Source: Azolla caroliniana | Taxonomy: Eukaryota; Plantae; Polypodiophyta | NCBI GenBank assembly: GCA_043228905.1 | Contig: JBHGNT010000020.1 | Span: 2,542,001-2,606,000 of the forward strand | DNA: 64,000 bases | Reading direction: 5' to 3' | Part shown: one piece after another, positions 59,701-64,000 of the stretch | How positions within the stretch are numbered: position 1 is the stretch's first letter | Layout: the number at the start of each line of letters is the position of its first letter | Position numbers and translations under genes: made by a program | The notes under the pieces: model-generated | The model's input: only the letters and a program-made list of their open reading frames with translations | What the model was told of the DNA's origin: nothing | Databases searched by the model: none

Positions 59701-61037
59701 GGTACCGATCATGCCGGTCATAGTTATCCCGCCGATCACCATATTGGACATCATTCTCCCGTCGATCGCCATACCGGACATCCTGTGCCAGTCGGTCGCG
59801 GTCCATTCGCCGCCAACGTTCCTCTTCTTCATCCTGGCTGCTGCGTGGCTCAATTTGTCGGACGGGCGGTGCTTGCCGGTTCAATAGATTATACTCGCAT
59901 CTATCCGTCGTATGGCCCTTGGATTGACAGATTACACATTGCGTCCTCATAGTGCATTCTAGAGCCGAGCGTCCGGAATTCAAGTAGGTTGTGCACTGTA
60001 TTGCTTGCCGAAACCAGAGGTCTTCATCGGACGGTAACACTCGTTGGAGTGCTCCCAGTGTGAGCCAGGAGCTTGTCTTTTCCATCTCTCTTACCCGGTC
60101 AATGACCTGGTCGATAGTACTTGTGCGGAAGTCAATTACCGTGCAAACCGTGCGTAGGGGTTCTCGGAGCGCGTTTAGGAATATAGTCCGTAATTCCTCT
60201 TCCAGGGGTGCGCGGGCAAGTTGACTATGCATCCGTTGAAAACGGATGACAAACTGGGGAATGCTCTCCCCTGCCTCCTATCGGATGGTATAAAATAAGC
60301 CTACCATTACGGTCTGGTCCACCTCCTTTTGGAAAAAATGCAAGAATTTAGCTTTTAAATCTGCAAAGGTGTTGATGGTAGACGGGTCCTGCGTCCGGCG
60401 CCATCTTACTGCCGGTCCCTCCAATGTGACGCCAAATTCCGCTATCTTAGAGTGTTCCTCTTCATCCGGGGTCAATCACTGGGACACATGGTTGGCTTCC
60501 CATGTCTGTTCAAAGGCGTGCACATGAGCTTCCACGTCCGGATCATCTCTATACTTGGAGTACTGGAACGGCATGTCGTCGTCCGGTATCGGTGCGCGGG
60601 CTGGCAGTGTTGGTGCTCGTTCCGGGATTTTCTCCGGCGTCGGTGGTCTTTCCCGATTTGTTTCCGGTGTCGGTGATCTTTCCTCTTCTTTTGGTGACGG
60701 AGGCCTCTCCTCTTCGACTTCCGGTGTCGGAGGTCGCTCTTCCTCTGCTGGTTCCGGGGGTTCCAGCGTTAGCACTTCCGGTTCCGGTGTCGGTAAGGTA
60801 TCCGATCCTTCGTCCTCCGGTCTGCCCGGGGTTTCGTTGCTGCTACGGTAGTTCGTGTGCACGCTGTATTCCCCTTCGGAGTCCGATTCATATGCTGAAA
60901 AGGCTTCTGCTTTGCCTTCTCCGTTTGCCAACGCCTGGAGAAGGGATTCAGTTTCCCGGAGGGAGTTCGATCTGTAACCAGGTCGTGCGTTGATCTAGTC
61001 ATCCATCCGTGCCGTCGTTCGCTGCAAAAATAGGAAT

Positions 61038-61048
61038 TGTGGTCGCCA
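61038..61048 (-). other. PBS TGGCGACCACA (tRNA-Arg UCG 3'-end complement)
   Basis: 7 nt inside the 5' LTR and upstream of gag. Confidence 0.75.
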
Positions 61049-62232
61049 AAAACTGTGTTAACTCTTAGGGCCGAACAATGGCCTAACACAGGGTGTCTAC
61101 GGAAGACACCAATAGGATTAGACTCAACGATTAATCCGACTTAATTAGGTTACTTAGCATGATCGTCTTTAATAATCACACGCGTAAGATATAACAATGA
61201 ATGCAGAATGGCAATTAACACAGAGAGATAACAACACTAAGCTTTATTCATTAACCGCTATTCATTACATTGTATCCGGGCCTTTAAATAGGTTTCCGGT
61301 CTGTATTACAAAACGGTGCCATCCGCACCTGTTCGGGATTGGTCCGGATCCGGAACGGCATACCGATTCCGGTCTGTCCGTCCACACTCGTAGCTTACTT
61401 ACAACCATTCCTACTAATTAAATAACTCCCCGTTTCACACTCTGGACTCCTTTGCCGGCCGGTAACAAGAAGGAATCGGAAGCGATCTAGTTAGCCGCGC
61501 TATGCGAATTGGAAGAACACCGGCTAGCCAGCATCATGCACCTAGAACTTAAGTAGTGGAGAAGGAAAGTGTTCGTGGATCGTCACCGAAAAGGGAACGA
61601 AAAGATGTTCGGAATCGGTAACTCGGTACTAGTATTCCAGACCCGGATGGGTAAGATGCTGGGGAAGCTACGATTTTGGTGGACCGGACCATACTGGATC
61701 ACGTGTGAGTTCAACGGTTCCTACCAGTTAGGGACACTCGCCGGCGAGGTTCTGGGTAAATGGGTCAATGGGTTCCGACTCAAACCATACAATGGACCCA
61801 TGCCAAGAAACCCATTTGAACAAGTAAAGGCCGACACAGAACCGGATACCGGTAAGTCGGAAGAGACGACAACACGTTTAGCAAACGGCAAGTGCGAAGT
61901 CGGTAAGAGGGAGCACGAGGCGGCAACCAGCAAGAACGATGCGACGACAAGTAGTCCAGCGGCCAGTAAGTCCCACAATTCGGATAAGGGTCCGGTGGGA
62001 CCGGATGCGAATTAACCAAACGGCTTTATCAAAAAAAAATAAAAAATAAAATCAAAGTGAATCATGCAAGGGCGAGGTGTGAACGGACACATGCAAGAAC
62101 AAGGAGTGAACAGGCACTTTGAAAAGGTACGTAGGGGGCTATTAATAGGGTATTAAACCACCGCCACATGGCACATCATTCTATTCTAGTACACAACGTG
62201 CACACGCGCGGGTATGAAAAACAGGCGCCAAC

Positions 62233-64000
62233 ATGCAGGAAGAAAACCCCCACCGCATAGAGGTCTTCACATTTCGCAAACAGAGGAGCACAATCGCAGA
62301 CAATCGATTGAAGATCATCAGACGCGAGCCCACACACATAGAGCCTCCTCACACACATTCCTCACCAGCGCTCACCGACCTCAAAGAAGCCATGGACTGC
62401 CAAGCACTCTCTGAAGTGGCCAAGAAGTGGCTAAGGCAACACGGGTTAGAAGGGTTCCTCACGATCATGGAGGTGCCACCGCACCGGGAGCCGGAGAAGA
62501 TAGTAAAAGAAATCGACACAGAACTGATCACGGAGGAGGCCATCCATGCTTTGATTGGCCTTCTAGAGGGAGGCATCTTCACTATCAACAACCCTACCCC
62601 GGACGAGCTTCAAAAATATTTTGGCGAATACTCTCTGGCCAGCAAGGCTTACAGGACACAGGGCGGCGAAGATACATTATTTTGAGAGATTGCTCGTGTG
62701 ATCCGTGAATTTGGACATGTATACCCTCGACCCCCGTGCATGCCTAAGAACCGAGCTGGCTTAATCATAGCAACGTATGAAGGCGTAAAGGTGGACGGGC
62801 CGATATTGATTGCGGACGGCCTCTGTGCGACCATCGACTCTGTAAGAGGCAAGGAGGTTCGGAAAATATGGACTGCAGTGGCGCAATGGCTCACCTTATT
62901 GGCGCCACCTATCGAGCCCGCCAAGACCACGAAGCGGGGGAGAACGACCGAAGGCACCCCAAAAACGGCTTCAAAACAACAACAGTTGTTGGCCTCTAAG
63001 GCACCCAAAGGGAAGGTGGTCGACACGGACAAGATGGCAAAAGAGCGCCCCAATAGGAAGTGGCAGGCGGAAACGCAGGAGGAGACACCGACATGGCCAA
63101 TCAAGATCATATTGCACCGACTTGTTCAACAAGAGCTGGACCCCTTGGCAGCAAAAATCAACATCGGGACTCAGGAAGAGGAAGTGGAGGAGGAACCGTT
63201 AGAGCACCTCCAGCGGCGCCAGAAGGCAAGCACCGTAGAACAGGCTGGGGAGCGTTCAGACCCAAAGAAGGATGCAACGCCTCTAACCCGCACCAAGGGT
63301 GGAACCGGAACCGGTTCGGACAGAACCGGTCATAGAGCTCCCTGCACAACAAGCTATACCGGCGGGTCAGGATACGACAAGACCCGAAATTCAAGCACCG
63401 GCAGTACAGTTGCCTCCTGCACCGGCAAGTCAAGTGCAATCGGAGGCGAAGCGGCCAATGGAGGTGCAACCGGAACCAGAACGGCAAAGTGGTCACCAAC
63501 TAGAGACAAAGTTGCAGCTCGACGCAACCGGACAAGACCGACCACTGGCTAGCGGAACCAACAGCCAACCCTCCGTGCAGAGGCAACAACAGGGTACCGG
63601 CAGCCAATGGCTCCGGTGGATTGGAGAACAGATTGCCAGAGTGCTACACTACATAGAGGAGGAAGAGAAAGTGCAGATGGACCGGTTGCTAGTCACAACC
63701 GGGGAACTAGAGACGACCAGGTCGAGGATCCGGAGCCTAGAACAAGACTTGGACCTGGCCACAGAAGAATTGGCCAAAATGGCCTTAACCGGACCACAGA
63801 TCCAAGCACCGGTGACTCCGTTAGATGTACAGAATAAAGACACACCAACACCTGTACATAGTAATAAGACCCCGGAGACGGAACCAATCCTGGAGACAGT
63901 GGCGGCGCAAGCAAAAGAGCTTGCCGAATTGAAAGATGAACTGGCCGCACAAGAAGCATTACGCACCCGAGAAAGGGACTTGAAGAAAGCAGCAGAAGAA
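62233..64000 (+). pseudogene. Extra 3' ORF of the Athila/Tat-related element, function unknown, disrupted
   Basis: In-frame segments 62233-62685 and 62698-63552 separated by one TGA, then a P/T/E-rich region and coiled coil in another frame up to the window end. Confidence 0.6.

Larger units (their letters stand above)
54775..61467 (-). mobile_element. Gypsy element of the same family, nested in opposite orientation and internally deleted
   Basis: LTRs 54775-55207 and 61056-61467 (TGTTAAC...GGTAACA), 5-bp TSD AGAAG, gag 60931-59315, PR/RT/RH 59311-56705, C-terminus of the extra ORF at ~55700-55263. Confidence 0.93.
49685..64000 (+). mobile_element. Degenerate non-chromovirus Gypsy (Athila/Tat-related, no extra RNase H seen); 5'-truncated, interrupted by 54775-61467, runs off the window
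   Basis: gag with CCHC (CYYCRQQGHYSNQC), PR IIDGGS, RT RVCIDYRKLN/FLDD, RH FVDASDIAIG, integrase WGLDFVGP...PQANGLAE continuing at 61473-62015 (WTGPY), and an extra 3' ORF from 62233. Confidence 0.92.

Overview
Eukaryotic plant nuclear DNA, most likely from a non-seed plant such as a fern (inferred from the PLS-PPR motif style and Phygy-like Gypsy elements). There are three host genes: a 2-exon mitochondrial ribosomal mS26-like gene (+, 6836-8510), a ~15-exon VPS3/TGFBRAP1 gene (-, 10525-20411), and an intronless PLS-PPR gene with a degenerate DYW-like domain (-, 30738-32834). The rest is mostly LTR retrotransposons: two decayed Copia elements, several solo LTRs, and a nested Gypsy stack from 34870 to the window end that includes one apparently intact, very young element (35972-43274). 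Main observations: (1) an Athila/Tat-related Gypsy element has a tRNA-Arg 3'-end match at both internal LTR borders, with a second tRNA site where the polypurine tract should be; (2) tRNA-like Pol III A/B-box modules sit antisense in the U3 region of several LTRs; (3) two diverged Gypsy elements share a -1 frameshift heptamer plus a pseudoknot with a compensatory base-pair change; (4) these elements have 4-bp CpG-centred target sites; (5) two copies of another family share a UAG-CAR stop at the gag/pol boundary; (6) a telo-box tandem array forms the mS26 promoter region. All calls were made by eye, and tRNA and protein family identities come from memory and need database confirmation.
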